A DNA stretch of 64,000 bases, taken from contig VMFU01000007.1 of assembly GCA_007376205.1 (NCBI GenBank), positions 14,118 through 78,117 of the forward strand, read 5' to 3'. Below, piece after piece: positions 8,610 to 17,215 of this stretch. The notes beneath the pieces were generated by a model. It saw only the letters and a program-made list of their open reading frames with translations. It had not been told where the DNA came from and did not search any database. The position numbers and the translations under genes were made by a program. The DNA comes from Candidatus Peregrinibacteria bacterium Gr01-1014_25 (GTDB lineage Bacteria > Patescibacteriota > Gracilibacteria > Peribacterales > Peribacteraceae). Each line of letters begins with the position of its first letter. Position 1 is the stretch's first letter.

Positions 8610-10022
8610 TCATTTCGCGATAACGACTTTGGTTCCCTGTTTCCAGCCGGTCCCATCGTTGAATTGCATGATCACGCGGATCTCCTGCCCCTTGATGCTG
8701 TCAGGCAGAGTGTAACGGAACACGCCACCGGACATGCCCGTGGGCGGCATGGGCGTGGGGGTCTGGCCCGCTGTTCCGATGCTCAATCGTATGGAGCCGG
8801 GTGCCATTTCCTTGGGGAACTGGAAGGCGAGAACATCGCCGGTTTTCTGCACGCTGCATCCGTCGAAACCAAGGGGCTTCGGTGGCACGGCAGGTGGTTT
8901 CACCAAGTCGGGAGTGGGGCCGTTTCCCGTATCGGGTCCCATGTTTTTTACAGCCTTTCCGATCAGCCCACCTCCAAGTAGCAGACCGACGGTGGCGATT
9001 GCTCCGTAGATACCGCGGCGATACAACCGCTGGCGACGTTCAACCCGCTGCTCGTACTCCGGTGTATCGTTCTGCATGACGACGTTTGGCGGACGATGAC
9101 GATGACGCTGGATTTGCTGTTCCATTGCCAGGGCAAGATCGCTCATTGCTTGCAGAACTTCGTCCAGATTTTGGATGCTGACCTCATCGGCCGGGCGCCC
9201 CGCCATAGGGTGAATTTGTCGTCCGGTTCTTCCGTCCAGTTCTCTGGCGAGAGTGGCGATCGTGCGATCTCCGAGACGCAGATCATCACGGTTCCAGAAT
9301 TCCTCCCCGACGATCAGCCTGGCGACATCGCGCATTTCATCACGGCATGCCAAATACCTTCGTCCCGTCGTACCCGTGACGACGCGGGCGGCGTCGTCAG
9401 CCGGGGTGACAGGTCGGCGATTCACTTCACGCGCCATTCGTCCACTCAATGTGTCGGCGGCCGCATACAAAGCGTCCATAGCGGGGTAGCCGCCTGCGAA
9501 TCTGCCATCACCCTGGATCGTTGTGCGCAGCAATGAGAGGAGTTTATTGATGTCCACATTGATTGGATCTCCGGTTGTTTGGGGCAATTGCCAGTGGGGC
9601 AAAATGGCAAACCCCAGGAGCAAGCCTTCCAGTCGTCCGCGAATACTGACGTAGTCTGCGTGTCTCGGTCGAACAGGAGGCGTGGCACGCGGATCACCAA
9701 TGTTCCAGTATTGGTCTGTACTCCGCTGCGGATGATTTTTATCGGTTGTTGTCATGCCCAAAAAATCTCCGATTGCCCGGCTGAATTCATCGGAATTTGC
9801 CCGACCGGTTGTGTTCAGATCATTCCAAACAGGTTCTGGCGGCGTTCCGACATCCAGTCTGACCGCCTCTGCAAGCAGCCCGAATACCGCGTCCATCCTG
9901 CGCCGTATGTGCGTGGCTCGTTCAATGTTCGTCGCGTACCGCGCATTCTCCCGTCTGGCGTCGATGCTTGTTGTAGAAGGAATCGGTGGCGTAGGAGAAG
10001 GCGGAGGCGTAGCTGTGGACAT
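8610..10022 (-). CDS. Hypothetical single-pass membrane protein with a large N-terminal domain, a TM helix and a ~110-aa C-terminal domain
   Basis: 470-aa ORF with ordinary composition. It has one hydrophobic helix, GIYGAIATVGLLLGGGLIGKAV. I recognise no family. Confidence 0.6.
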   Translation of the reverse strand: MSTATPPPSPTPPIPSTTSIDARRENARYATNIERATHIRRRMDAVFGLLAEAVRLDVGTPPEPVWNDLNTTGRANSDEFSRAIGDFLGMTTTDKNHPQRSTDQYWNIGDPRATPPVRPRHADYVSIRGRLEGLLLGFAILPHWQLPQTTGDPINVDINKLLSLLRTTIQGDGRFAGGYPAMDALYAAADTLSGRMAREVNRRPVTPADDAARVVTGTTGRRYLACRDEMRDVARLIVGEEFWNRDDLRLGDRTIATLARELDGRTGRQIHPMAGRPADEVSIQNLDEVLQAMSDLALAMEQQIQRHRHRPPNVVMQNDTPEYEQRVERRQRLYRRGIYGAIATVGLLLGGGLIGKAVKNMGPDTGNGPTPDLVKPPAVPPKPLGFDGCSVQKTGDVLAFQFPKEMAPGSIRLSIGTAGQTPTPMPPTGMSGGVFRYTLPDSIKGQEIRVIMQFNDGTGWKQGTKVVIAK

Positions 10023-10102
10023 GTAGGTATTATACTACTTTTTTGAAAATTATCAAATTTGGCGGTAACGCGAGGTTACCGCCAATGGCTGCTATCGACA
10101 TG

Positions 10103-10597
10103 CTACGGCTGCTGGACGAGAGGTTGGGACACTTTCGTCGACCACCGCTCTTCGTTTCGGGTGTCTTCCTCGTGATACGCCCGAGTCGATGTCGGCGTGG
10201 GGACGTGCGGCGGAAAACTGAATTCATTCCTGTCAGGGCCGGCGGCACGCAATCCGTGCATGTCCTTGTCATCGACGAGGACGACCCACACACGGCCTTT
10301 CGGCGGCTTGGGAAGCATGATCGTCCGCGGCTCCTTCTGCTTCCACACGTACCCGTCGATGTTGGGCGTGGTGTCGAAGTAGGGATTCCGATCGTTCGTC
10401 GGAGCATCACTCTTGCCGCCGCTGGCAGTCATCCACCAGAAGCCACCGACCAATGCCGCACCGAAGAAGAAAGGCACCCATATCCCCCAACTTTTCATAG
10501 AGTTTTCCGGGGATTCGGGGATCTTTATCGTTCGGAGAACGAAGATAAACACGACCGTGATCAGGATCAGCAGCGTACCCAGTAACCAGGGATTCAT
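10103..10597 (-). CDS. Hypothetical membrane protein (2 TM)
   Basis: The ATG at 10597 is preceded by GAGGUGG at a 5-nt spacing. The helices are WLLGTLLILITVVFIFVL and IWVPFFFGAALVGGFWWM. A TTGAAA-17-TATACT promoter lies upstream on the minus strand. Confidence 0.6.
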   Translation of the reverse strand: MNPWLLGTLLILITVVFIFVLRTIKIPESPENSMKSWGIWVPFFFGAALVGGFWWMTASGGKSDAPTNDRNPYFDTTPNIDGYVWKQKEPRTIMLPKPPKGRVWVVLVDDKDMHGLRAAGPDRNEFSFPPHVPTPTSTRAYHEEDTRNEERWSTKVSQPLVQQP

Positions 10598-10669
10598 ATG
10601 CCACCTCGTTGTTTTGACCTTCTGCGCATCTCCGTACACCGGCGATGTCGAAGGATCAGCCTAAATTGC

Positions 10670-10698
10670 AGTATATCATCAATTATTGACAATTTCAA
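10670..10698 (-). promoter_or_regulatory. Sigma-70-like promoter TTGAAA-17-TATACT (minus strand)
   Basis: On the plus strand, tttcaa is at 10693-10698 and agtata at 10670-10675. It lies upstream of the 10597 gene. Confidence 0.55.
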
Positions 10699-10703
10699 TA
10701 ATT
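10681..10703. promoter_or_regulatory. Perfect 9-bp inverted repeat AATTATTGA-caatt-TCAATAATT overlapping that -35 box
   Basis: Read directly from the sequence. It is AT-only and lies between two same-strand genes. Confidence 0.35.
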
Positions 10704-10746
10704 ATTATAAAAAACCCGTGGGGAGCAGGCGTAGGGGAGAAAGGGG

Positions 10747-10773
10747 AATGCCGGCGGCTCCGCCGCCGGCATT
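10747..10773 (-). terminator. GC-rich hairpin after the 10780 gene
   Basis: AATGCCGGCGG-ctccg-CCGCCGGCATT forms an 11-bp perfect stem. The downstream tract is CCCCUUUCUCCCC, which is only moderately U-rich. Confidence 0.4.
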
Positions 10774-10779
10774 CGAATG

Positions 10780-11379
10780 TCATTTTGGAACGGCTTTGGT
10801 TCGGTAGTACGTGTGCTTTCCTATCTTGATGTACTCACCGAGCTCATCCTTGCCGCGCTGCACGTACTGGTCCTTGTACGTTTCCTTCCAACCTTCCGGA
10901 AGAGGCGGCGCGTCGAAGTCGATCCAGATGTCCCCGTCGAAAACGAGTTCCTTCCCGTTCTTCCAGAGGACCCGGACGGTGACCCAGTCGGACACGACCA
11001 TCGTTTGATTGGTGATCGTGTTGCCCGTTCCGGCGTTGACGTTGTTGTTGTTCCCGATCACGATGTTGAGATTTTCAATCTTGATCGGGGGCTCGTCGAA
11101 GAACTTGTACGTCCTCGGCAGTTCCACGACGTCGATGTACGTCCGCACAGGGCGTTCAACGACCGGAATGTAGTACACCTGATAGACGGGTTGCGCTGGC
11201 GTGTAAACCACGGGTGGCGGCGGATAGTAGTAATACCCATGCCCCCAGTAGCCTTGGGCCAGCCAGAAGGTGTAGGTCGTTGTGACCTTTTTCTTCTTAT
11301 CCCCGGCTTGCGCCTGGGGCACGCAGAGTCCGATCAGGAGGACCACGGCGGCCAGGATGGCCAAAACGCGCTTCGACAT
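10780..11379 (-). CDS. Hypothetical secreted Tyr/Pro/Asn-rich protein
   Basis: The ATG at 11379 follows AAGGAGAAA. The signal peptide is MSKRVLAILAAVVLLIGLCVPQAQA. The overlapping plus-strand ORF has antisense-type composition. Confidence 0.65.
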   Translation of the reverse strand: MSKRVLAILAAVVLLIGLCVPQAQAGDKKKKVTTTYTFWLAQGYWGHGYYYYPPPPVVYTPAQPVYQVYYIPVVERPVRTYIDVVELPRTYKFFDEPPIKIENLNIVIGNNNNVNAGTGNTITNQTMVVSDWVTVRVLWKNGKELVFDGDIWIDFDAPPLPEGWKETYKDQYVQRGKDELGEYIKIGKHTYYRTKAVPK

Positions 11380-11551
11380 GACATTTCTCCTTGTTGCACT
11401 GCTCCCTTCACGGGAGGCCCCTTCCGAAGTGAAAGAGGCGTCGATGAAGGGAGAGACGGTGGTGGGAAAGGGCAGAGGAGAGAACTTTAGTAAAGTATCA
11501 AAAATGATCGAAATTGTCAATTACGCATATAGAGGCCAATCGGCGGGTGCC

Positions 11552-11580
11552 TTGCCAAGTTTCACGTATTCCACTATAAT
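11552..11580 (+). promoter_or_regulatory. Sigma-70-like promoter TTGCCA-17-TATAAT
   Basis: The hexamers are at 11552-11557 and 11575-11580. The ATG at 11608 follows. Confidence 0.6.
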
Positions 11581-11607
11581 GGAAGCAACAGTCACATCAA
11601 TCACTCA

Positions 11608-11955
11608 ATGCCCACTCCGCTCCCGCAGTCCGGCGTGCATGCCGACCTCGCCAATGACGAGCTCGCCAAGCAACTGTACGACATCCTCATGGCGGACATC
11701 GAACCCGATTTGCTCCTTGCAAACATCCCCGCGCTCGACGCCCAATACGCCGGCGAGACGCCGGAGGAGCACGAGGCGCGGATGAAGCGCTACGAAACCG
11801 CCTACAAGAAATTCGACGCAGCATTCGCCGAGTTCATGTCCGACGTGAATGCGGAGGTCCGCACGAGCAAACGCGAGAGTCTCGCGGCCAAAGAGGCCGC
11901 GGCCCAACACAGCGATCAGCAGGCCCTTTCCTCTCTGGAAACCGCCTTCTCCTGA
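11608..11955 (+). CDS. Hypothetical small acidic helical protein (115 aa)
   Basis: This is the first ORF after the TTGCCA-17-TATAAT promoter at 11552-11580. Its composition is typical of a soluble helical protein. Confidence 0.55.
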   Translation: MPTPLPQSGVHADLANDELAKQLYDILMADIEPDLLLANIPALDAQYAGETPEEHEARMKRYETAYKKFDAAFAEFMSDVNAEVRTSKRESLAAKEAAAQHSDQQALSSLETAFS

Positions 11956-11976
11956 TCATCTTTTCCCCATCACGGT

Positions 11977-13809
11977 ATGGAAAACACACACATGTTCCGG
12001 TTCCGAAACTGCGCGTCGCAGCACGAGGCGCGGTTGTGCCACGAGAACGAGGCGCCGAAGAAAGCGCCCGCGGAACTCCACGAGATCGATCCGGAGAGCG
12101 ATTCGACGGAGAAGATCGATCAGCTTAGCAAGCGCCTGACCCGCGACGACGCGCAGAATTTGCGCGATTCGCTCCAGGAGTACGACAAAATCAAATACGC
12201 GCACAAGAAGAACCTTTCGACGCTCACCGCAAGCAAGAAGGAATGGGAGGATGACAAGACGGAAGCAAAGGAATCGAAGAAGGAGGACCTTCATATGAAG
12301 GGCATGGAGCTGGTCTCCGGACAGCGCCAGGAGATCTACACGCTCGCTAAGAACACCGAACGCCCGGTCTTGTCGCTGCAGATCATCTCCCAGCTTGCGA
12401 AGAACATCGAGGGCATTCAGGGAGTGATTCCCGAACTCAAGAACTACAAGAAGATCGTCGACAAGAAGGATGGCGAAGGAAAGGTCATTGGAAAGACGCT
12501 GGAGAAATACGAGGTCGAGGACACGGAGAAGGCGGACAACGCCCTCGGCGTCATCCGCAGCCGCCACGAATCGTTCCTCGCCGATTACCGCAGGGAAACA
12601 AACAAGGCGAAGAAAATCGAAATGCTGAAGAGTCGCATCGAGGATCTCTTTTCAGGGGACGTACAGGCGGGACCCCGTGGTATCGCGTACGAGGCGAAAG
12701 AGTACATGTGGTACGGCGGCACGCGGCACATCAATGAGTATCTCAAGCAGATCAGAGAACTCGAGAACATGAAACATGGAATCCTGCCGAGCAGAGGTGG
12801 TGCCCTGCCCGAAATCGAAACGAAACCCGGTGAATTTCCGAAGGAGCTCGCCGACGGTCTCAAGCAGGACATCAGGGACGAGAACATCGGCAGCGCGCGC
12901 AGGAAGCTGGAGCAGATCGACGCGAAGGCAGGCGGCGACGGCCGCGTCCAGAGCAGCTTCCAAGCGGAACTCAACAAGATGCTCGCCGACACGAAGTACC
13001 GTGTTGATTTGAAGGAAGGCAAGCTCGCCCTCGTGTCGCGCACGGCTCCTGCAACAGGCCCCGCGACGTATCCGCCGGCCGGCCCCGATGTACTCCAACA
13101 CCTGCCGCCTTTGCCGCCGGGCATGGAGAAGCCCGCGAACCAGTTCCTGGATTCCGGCAGCTCCGTCCTCAAGTTCCTTGCGCAGATCGGCATCCTGCCT
13201 CCTCCGCTCGTCACGGCGATGAACGCGATGCAGGGACGCGAGATGCAGCAGCTGAACAAAGAACTCAACGCGCGCCAGCAGCAGCTTATGGAGCGTCAGG
13301 GCCGCCTGAACCAGAACATCAGCGAGGAGGACAAGGCGAAAATCCGCCTCGAGATCCAGGCGATCACGCTCGACATCAACCGCCGCATCACGCAGCTCAA
13401 CGAGCTCAAGAGCGCGATGAGTGCGAACAATCAGAGTGCGGAGCTCTTCACGATGCTCTTCAAGGAATTCCTCAAGTTCCAGCGCCGCGGCCAGCGCATG
13501 GGTGTCATGCCGATGCTGGGACAGCAGGGCGGATTCGATCTCTACGGACTCAACAGTGGCGGCAACGCCGTCATCGGCCACGCACACAACCGCTACGGTT
13601 ACGGCCAGGGGGTGAACTACTACCCTTACGGCCAGTTCCAGGGCTACGCCAGCCCGATGCAGTTCCCACCCCGTCCTGGCCCAGGCATGGTCGGTTCCCC
13701 TCCGATGGGATTCGGCTACGGACCCGGGCCGGTAGGCGGTGGCGTGATCACAGGCGGATTCTCCGTCACGGAGCACAAGCCCTCGGGCAGCAACTCCGGT
13801 CCTCGTTAA
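11977..13809 (+). CDS. Hypothetical 610-aa Lys/Glu-rich coiled-coil protein with a Gly/Tyr/Pro/Met-rich C-terminal tail
   Basis: Long heptad-like K/E/L/Q stretches are present. The C-terminal tail is GVMPMLGQQGGFDLYGLN..YGYGQGVNYYPYGQFQGYASPMQFPPRPGPGMVGSPPMGFGYGPGP. It has no TM helix and no signal peptide. Confidence 0.65.
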   Translation: MENTHMFRFRNCASQHEARLCHENEAPKKAPAELHEIDPESDSTEKIDQLSKRLTRDDAQNLRDSLQEYDKIKYAHKKNLSTLTASKKEWEDDKTEAKESKKEDLHMKGMELVSGQRQEIYTLAKNTERPVLSLQIISQLAKNIEGIQGVIPELKNYKKIVDKKDGEGKVIGKTLEKYEVEDTEKADNALGVIRSRHESFLADYRRETNKAKKIEMLKSRIEDLFSGDVQAGPRGIAYEAKEYMWYGGTRHINEYLKQIRELENMKHGILPSRGGALPEIETKPGEFPKELADGLKQDIRDENIGSARRKLEQIDAKAGGDGRVQSSFQAELNKMLADTKYRVDLKEGKLALVSRTAPATGPATYPPAGPDVLQHLPPLPPGMEKPANQFLDSGSSVLKFLAQIGILPPPLVTAMNAMQGREMQQLNKELNARQQQLMERQGRLNQNISEEDKAKIRLEIQAITLDINRRITQLNELKSAMSANNQSAELFTMLFKEFLKFQRRGQRMGVMPMLGQQGGFDLYGLNSGGNAVIGHAHNRYGYGQGVNYYPYGQFQGYASPMQFPPRPGPGMVGSPPMGFGYGPGPVGGGVITGGFSVTEHKPSGSNSGPR

Positions 13810-13896
13810 TGTAGAAGCGGCGCCCGTCGCCCGCGTATCAGATGAACTTCCAAGCGGGGCCGGCGGACCACTGTCCGCCGGCCCCGCTTTCCATCC

Positions 13897-15876
13897 ATGC
13901 CCTACGGTCCCGAATACCAACGGCCCCCGGAACAGCTCTACGGCATGCACCCGCAGGAGTGGCAGCAGCAGACGCTGATGCGCATGCGGCAGTCGATGCC
14001 AGCGGTGCGCGGTCACCTGCAGGGATGGCCCCAAGTCTCGCCATGGGGCGGCCAGATGGACGCCATGAATGCCCAGCAGTGGCAGCAGGCGCCGTGGCTC
14101 TCACCGCACCAATTGCAAACAGGCCCGTGGCCGGCGGCGTCCCCTTCGATGCCGACGGGTCCCGCGTGGGTGCATCCGGATCAGCAGTTTTTCCTGCAAT
14201 CCTTCGACAGTCAGACCCGCGCGTACGGGGCCCACTACCCGGGCGGGCCGTGGCATCACATCGAGAACCTCCGGCGCATGCCGCCGCAGCACCAGATGCA
14301 GTACCTCCGGTATCTGCAGGAATTCCAGCCGGCTCCTCCGGCTCCTTTCCTGCGCAACGAGCCGCCGCCGTACGCGCGGATTCCCGCGTGGTACGGTCCG
14401 ACGTTGTCCATGCGCGGAGCGCCCTACATACCCATCACCGTTCCGCCGTACATGGAATACCGCTCGGGGCAGCAGTTCGGGCAGTCCAACTGGATCTCCA
14501 ACGCCCCGCCGTTCATCAACGCCGGCTATGGCATCCGCACGCGCCCCGATCCGTTCCAATACGCACCGTCTACGATGCCCGGCTACGCACCCTCCCACGG
14601 ACTGGATGGCCGTCGGATGGGAGGCATGGGCGTGCGCAACACGCTGGGGAGACTTTCCGTTGACGGCAGACCGATCGACGCTCGCGGCGTCACGGGAACA
14701 TTCCCGCAGCGCTACGACATTCCGACGGCCCGGCTCCCCGAGCATGGCAACCGCTTGCAACGGATGTCTATGCGCCTGGAGCAGGGGATCCGCATGGCAG
14801 GTTGGCCGCAGCCGCGTGTCACGAGTGACGGCCTTCGCATCTGGGCCGAGTTGCCCAGCGGCGAGGTCATGGTCGCGACGGGCACCCAGCTCCTCGTGGG
14901 ACGCGGGAAACCCGGACGCGGCACCTGGCAATCCGTCGAGACGCGGACGCCCGTCCAGTGGACCGAGACCGCGAAGGGCGATGAGTTCCGCATCGGCGGA
15001 ACGCGCATCGTCGAGTTGCGCGACGGCAGGATCGTTCGTGAGCAGTACTCGGGCGGCAGCGTCCCCGACGTGACGATGTACTACGACCACGGTACGGACG
15101 CGCCGCAGATCATCCGCGTCAACGGCCGGGGAGCGTCGGTCCCGCTCGGCGTGAACGGCGGACAGGCGGTCCAGTTGCCGCACGGCATGCATGTTGTCGG
15201 TGATCGCGGCGGCGTGGCCTCATTGAGCGCCCGTCCCCGGTCTTTGGAGCATGCACACATGTTCCTCAACGATGCAGGATCGCGTCTGCGCACGCCCGAA
15301 GCCGTCGGCGCGTTCGTGTCGTCGTATTTCACCGTCGAAGACACCGTCGCGCGCGGCGGTCGTCGTATCGCCAGTGCGTCGACCATGGATTTCAAGTCAG
15401 AGTCGTCCGGTCAGCAGTACATCCAATCGCCCGAAGAATCGATCGTCCGCGGATATGGTGACTGCGAGGACTTCGCCGTGCTTGCCAGTGCCCTCTGCGA
15501 CCGCATCGGCGTTCCCAATATCGTCGTGCGCAAGAGCTCCGTTCACTACGTGTGCGCGTTCCTCGAGAGGACTCCGCAGGGAGGGTACGCGCTCTGCACC
15601 ATCGACACCGGGGGCTTCAGTCGGGATTCGCGCGTGTTCCGGAGCGGCGCCGAGGCGATGATGTCTCTGTGGTCCGGCGGAGGCAGAAGCGGCATCTCTT
15701 GGGAGTTGCAGAACCCCCGCGGCCTGCCGCCACAGCTCGTTGCGAAAGGCAGAGCCATGGAGCAGTCCGGCGGCCTTTCGGTCTTGGCGACTCGGGGCAT
15801 CAGCGGCGGGCGAGCCCAAATGGATTTCATTCCGTTCCACGGATACAACTGGGATCAGATCGTCTACCGAAGATGA
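13897..15876 (+). CDS. Hypothetical 659-aa protein with a Pro/Gln/Met/Trp/Tyr-rich N-terminal ~250 aa and a C-terminal transglutaminase-like cysteine-protease core
   Basis: The candidate Cys-His-Asp arrangement is GYGDCEDFAVLASALCDRIGVP..VHYVCAFLE..YALCTIDTGG (Cys codon 15463-15465, His 15544-15546, Asp 15604-15606). This matches the G-x-C-x-x-F / H / D pattern of transglutaminase-like folds. No signal peptide is present. Confidence 0.7.
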   Translation: MPYGPEYQRPPEQLYGMHPQEWQQQTLMRMRQSMPAVRGHLQGWPQVSPWGGQMDAMNAQQWQQAPWLSPHQLQTGPWPAASPSMPTGPAWVHPDQQFFLQSFDSQTRAYGAHYPGGPWHHIENLRRMPPQHQMQYLRYLQEFQPAPPAPFLRNEPPPYARIPAWYGPTLSMRGAPYIPITVPPYMEYRSGQQFGQSNWISNAPPFINAGYGIRTRPDPFQYAPSTMPGYAPSHGLDGRRMGGMGVRNTLGRLSVDGRPIDARGVTGTFPQRYDIPTARLPEHGNRLQRMSMRLEQGIRMAGWPQPRVTSDGLRIWAELPSGEVMVATGTQLLVGRGKPGRGTWQSVETRTPVQWTETAKGDEFRIGGTRIVELRDGRIVREQYSGGSVPDVTMYYDHGTDAPQIIRVNGRGASVPLGVNGGQAVQLPHGMHVVGDRGGVASLSARPRSLEHAHMFLNDAGSRLRTPEAVGAFVSSYFTVEDTVARGGRRIASASTMDFKSESSGQQYIQSPEESIVRGYGDCEDFAVLASALCDRIGVPNIVVRKSSVHYVCAFLERTPQGGYALCTIDTGGFSRDSRVFRSGAEAMMSLWSGGGRSGISWELQNPRGLPPQLVAKGRAMEQSGGLSVLATRGISGGRAQMDFIPFHGYNWDQIVYRR

Positions 15877-16439
15877 TGAACCTCCCGACCCTGCGCGAGG
15901 CATTTTCAGCGCTCCTCCGCCAACGGATGGACGGCGGCGCGACACGGGCGCAGGGGATGCGCGACGTCTACGACAAACTCCGGCAGGGTCTTTCGCAGTG
16001 GCAGGAGATGCTCGCCCTCGTGCGCGACGCGGTGCGCGACGCGATCGCCGCCCGATCGCCGGTGTTTCTCGCCTCCACGGAATCACTAGACGGCGCTTTC
16101 GGGTTCCAGCCGCTGGAGCCGCAGTGGGGGCCTGATGTCCAGGATGCCGCCATCGAATCGCAGGCCGTCGATGCTCTGCAGCAGCAGCTCGCGATGCTGA
16201 CGGGCCTGGCCGGCGCGATCCGCAGGATTGCCCAGCAAGCGGACGTCGAGGTGCCGTCGGAACTAACAGGCATGCTCGATGCTCCGTTCCGTTGCGAGCA
16301 GAGCCCGGAGAAACGCCGCGAAGAGAAGCGCAGTCCGCTTGTCGCCTCCACGCGCGTCGTCGATGTCGTCAAACAGCGCATCGAACAAGTGCCGGAGGGC
16401 AAGAACATCATCGCGGAGAAGGTGCAGAAACGTTCATAG
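15873..16439 (+). CDS. Hypothetical 188-aa helical protein, translationally coupled to the preceding gene
   Basis: The ATG at 15873 overlaps the upstream TGA (ATGA). The longer 15552 ORF would overlap the previous CDS by 320 nt, and that extension has Arg-rich spurious composition. Confidence 0.55.
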   Translation: MMNLPTLREAFSALLRQRMDGGATRAQGMRDVYDKLRQGLSQWQEMLALVRDAVRDAIAARSPVFLASTESLDGAFGFQPLEPQWGPDVQDAAIESQAVDALQQQLAMLTGLAGAIRRIAQQADVEVPSELTGMLDAPFRCEQSPEKRREEKRSPLVASTRVVDVVKQRIEQVPEGKNIIAEKVQKRS

Positions 16440-16446
16440 CAATCAG

Positions 16447-16480
16447 CGTCTCCTTGGTTTCATCGGTCTCTTTGGCCTCC
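16447..16480 (-). repeat. The same motif in a 44-bp convergent intergenic spacer
   Basis: The minus strand reads GAGGCCAAAGAGACCGATGAAACCAAGGAGACG, starting 4 nt after the FNR-like stop. Confidence 0.6.
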
Positions 16481-16483
16481 TTA

Positions 16484-17197
16484 TCAAATGTACCCCTCGA
16501 TGTGCACCCGCTCTTTCGGAATGCCCCAAGAGCCCGCGCAGAGCAGCTTCACGTCGTCGACCATGGCGGGGTTGCCGCAGGCGTAGACGTCGCGCGCCGC
16601 CAGGTCCGGAACAACGGAGGGAGCAATCGTCTGCACTCTGCCGCGATGTCCCGTCCATCGCTCTGACGGTTGCGTGAGCGTGATGTGCAGCCGGGCAGCG
16701 GGCAGCGCATCGACGCATGCCTGCAACTCCGCGACCCAGAAGAGATCGTCCTCGCTTCTGCAGCCGAAAACGGCGTCCACGGCGCGGCGGTCGCCGGACC
16801 GCGCCAGATCGATGAGCTGCGCGCGAAAGGGGGCGATGCCGGTGCTCGTTCCCAGAAGCAGGAGCGGCGACGTGCCGGAGCGGAGCGTAAACACGCCGAA
16901 TGGCCCCTTCATCGCTACGCTCGTGCCTGGCCGCACTTCCTCTGCGACCCACCGGCTGGCGCGCCCACCATCCTTCAATTTGATGGCAAAGAGCAGTTCG
17001 CTTTCCTGCGGAGCGGAAGCGATGGAGTACGCGCGCGGCTGGACGTCGGCCGGGTTGTCGACCAGCGGAACATCGAGCAGGACGAACTGTCCGGCGGCGA
17101 AGGCCAACGACGACGGCCGCGTGAACGTGCATGCGTAGACGTCGCGGGCGATACGCTCGGAGGACAGGCAGGTGATGGAGTATACGGGAGTGGGCAT
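16484..17197 (-). CDS. FAD/NAD(P)-binding oxidoreductase of the ferredoxin-NADP reductase (FNR-like) family
   Basis: The R-x-Y-S FAD-binding motif is PRAYSIASAP. The NAD-binding glycine motif is LLLLGTSTGIAPF. The C-terminus has CGNPAMV..ERVHIEGY, typical of the family. It lacks the Cys cluster expected for PyrK. Confidence 0.8.
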   Translation of the reverse strand: MPTPVYSITCLSSERIARDVYACTFTRPSSLAFAAGQFVLLDVPLVDNPADVQPRAYSIASAPQESELLFAIKLKDGGRASRWVAEEVRPGTSVAMKGPFGVFTLRSGTSPLLLLGTSTGIAPFRAQLIDLARSGDRRAVDAVFGCRSEDDLFWVAELQACVDALPAARLHITLTQPSERWTGHRGRVQTIAPSVVPDLAARDVYACGNPAMVDDVKLLCAGSWGIPKERVHIEGYI

Positions 17198-17215
17198 GGA
17201 GCAGGAGATCGAGGA

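Noticed and set aside
15552-15872. A longer 295-aa version of the gene ending at 16439.
   Set aside because: The extension overlaps the transglutaminase-like CDS by 320 nt and is Arg-rich. The ATG at 15873 forms an ATGA coupling overlap with the upstream stop.
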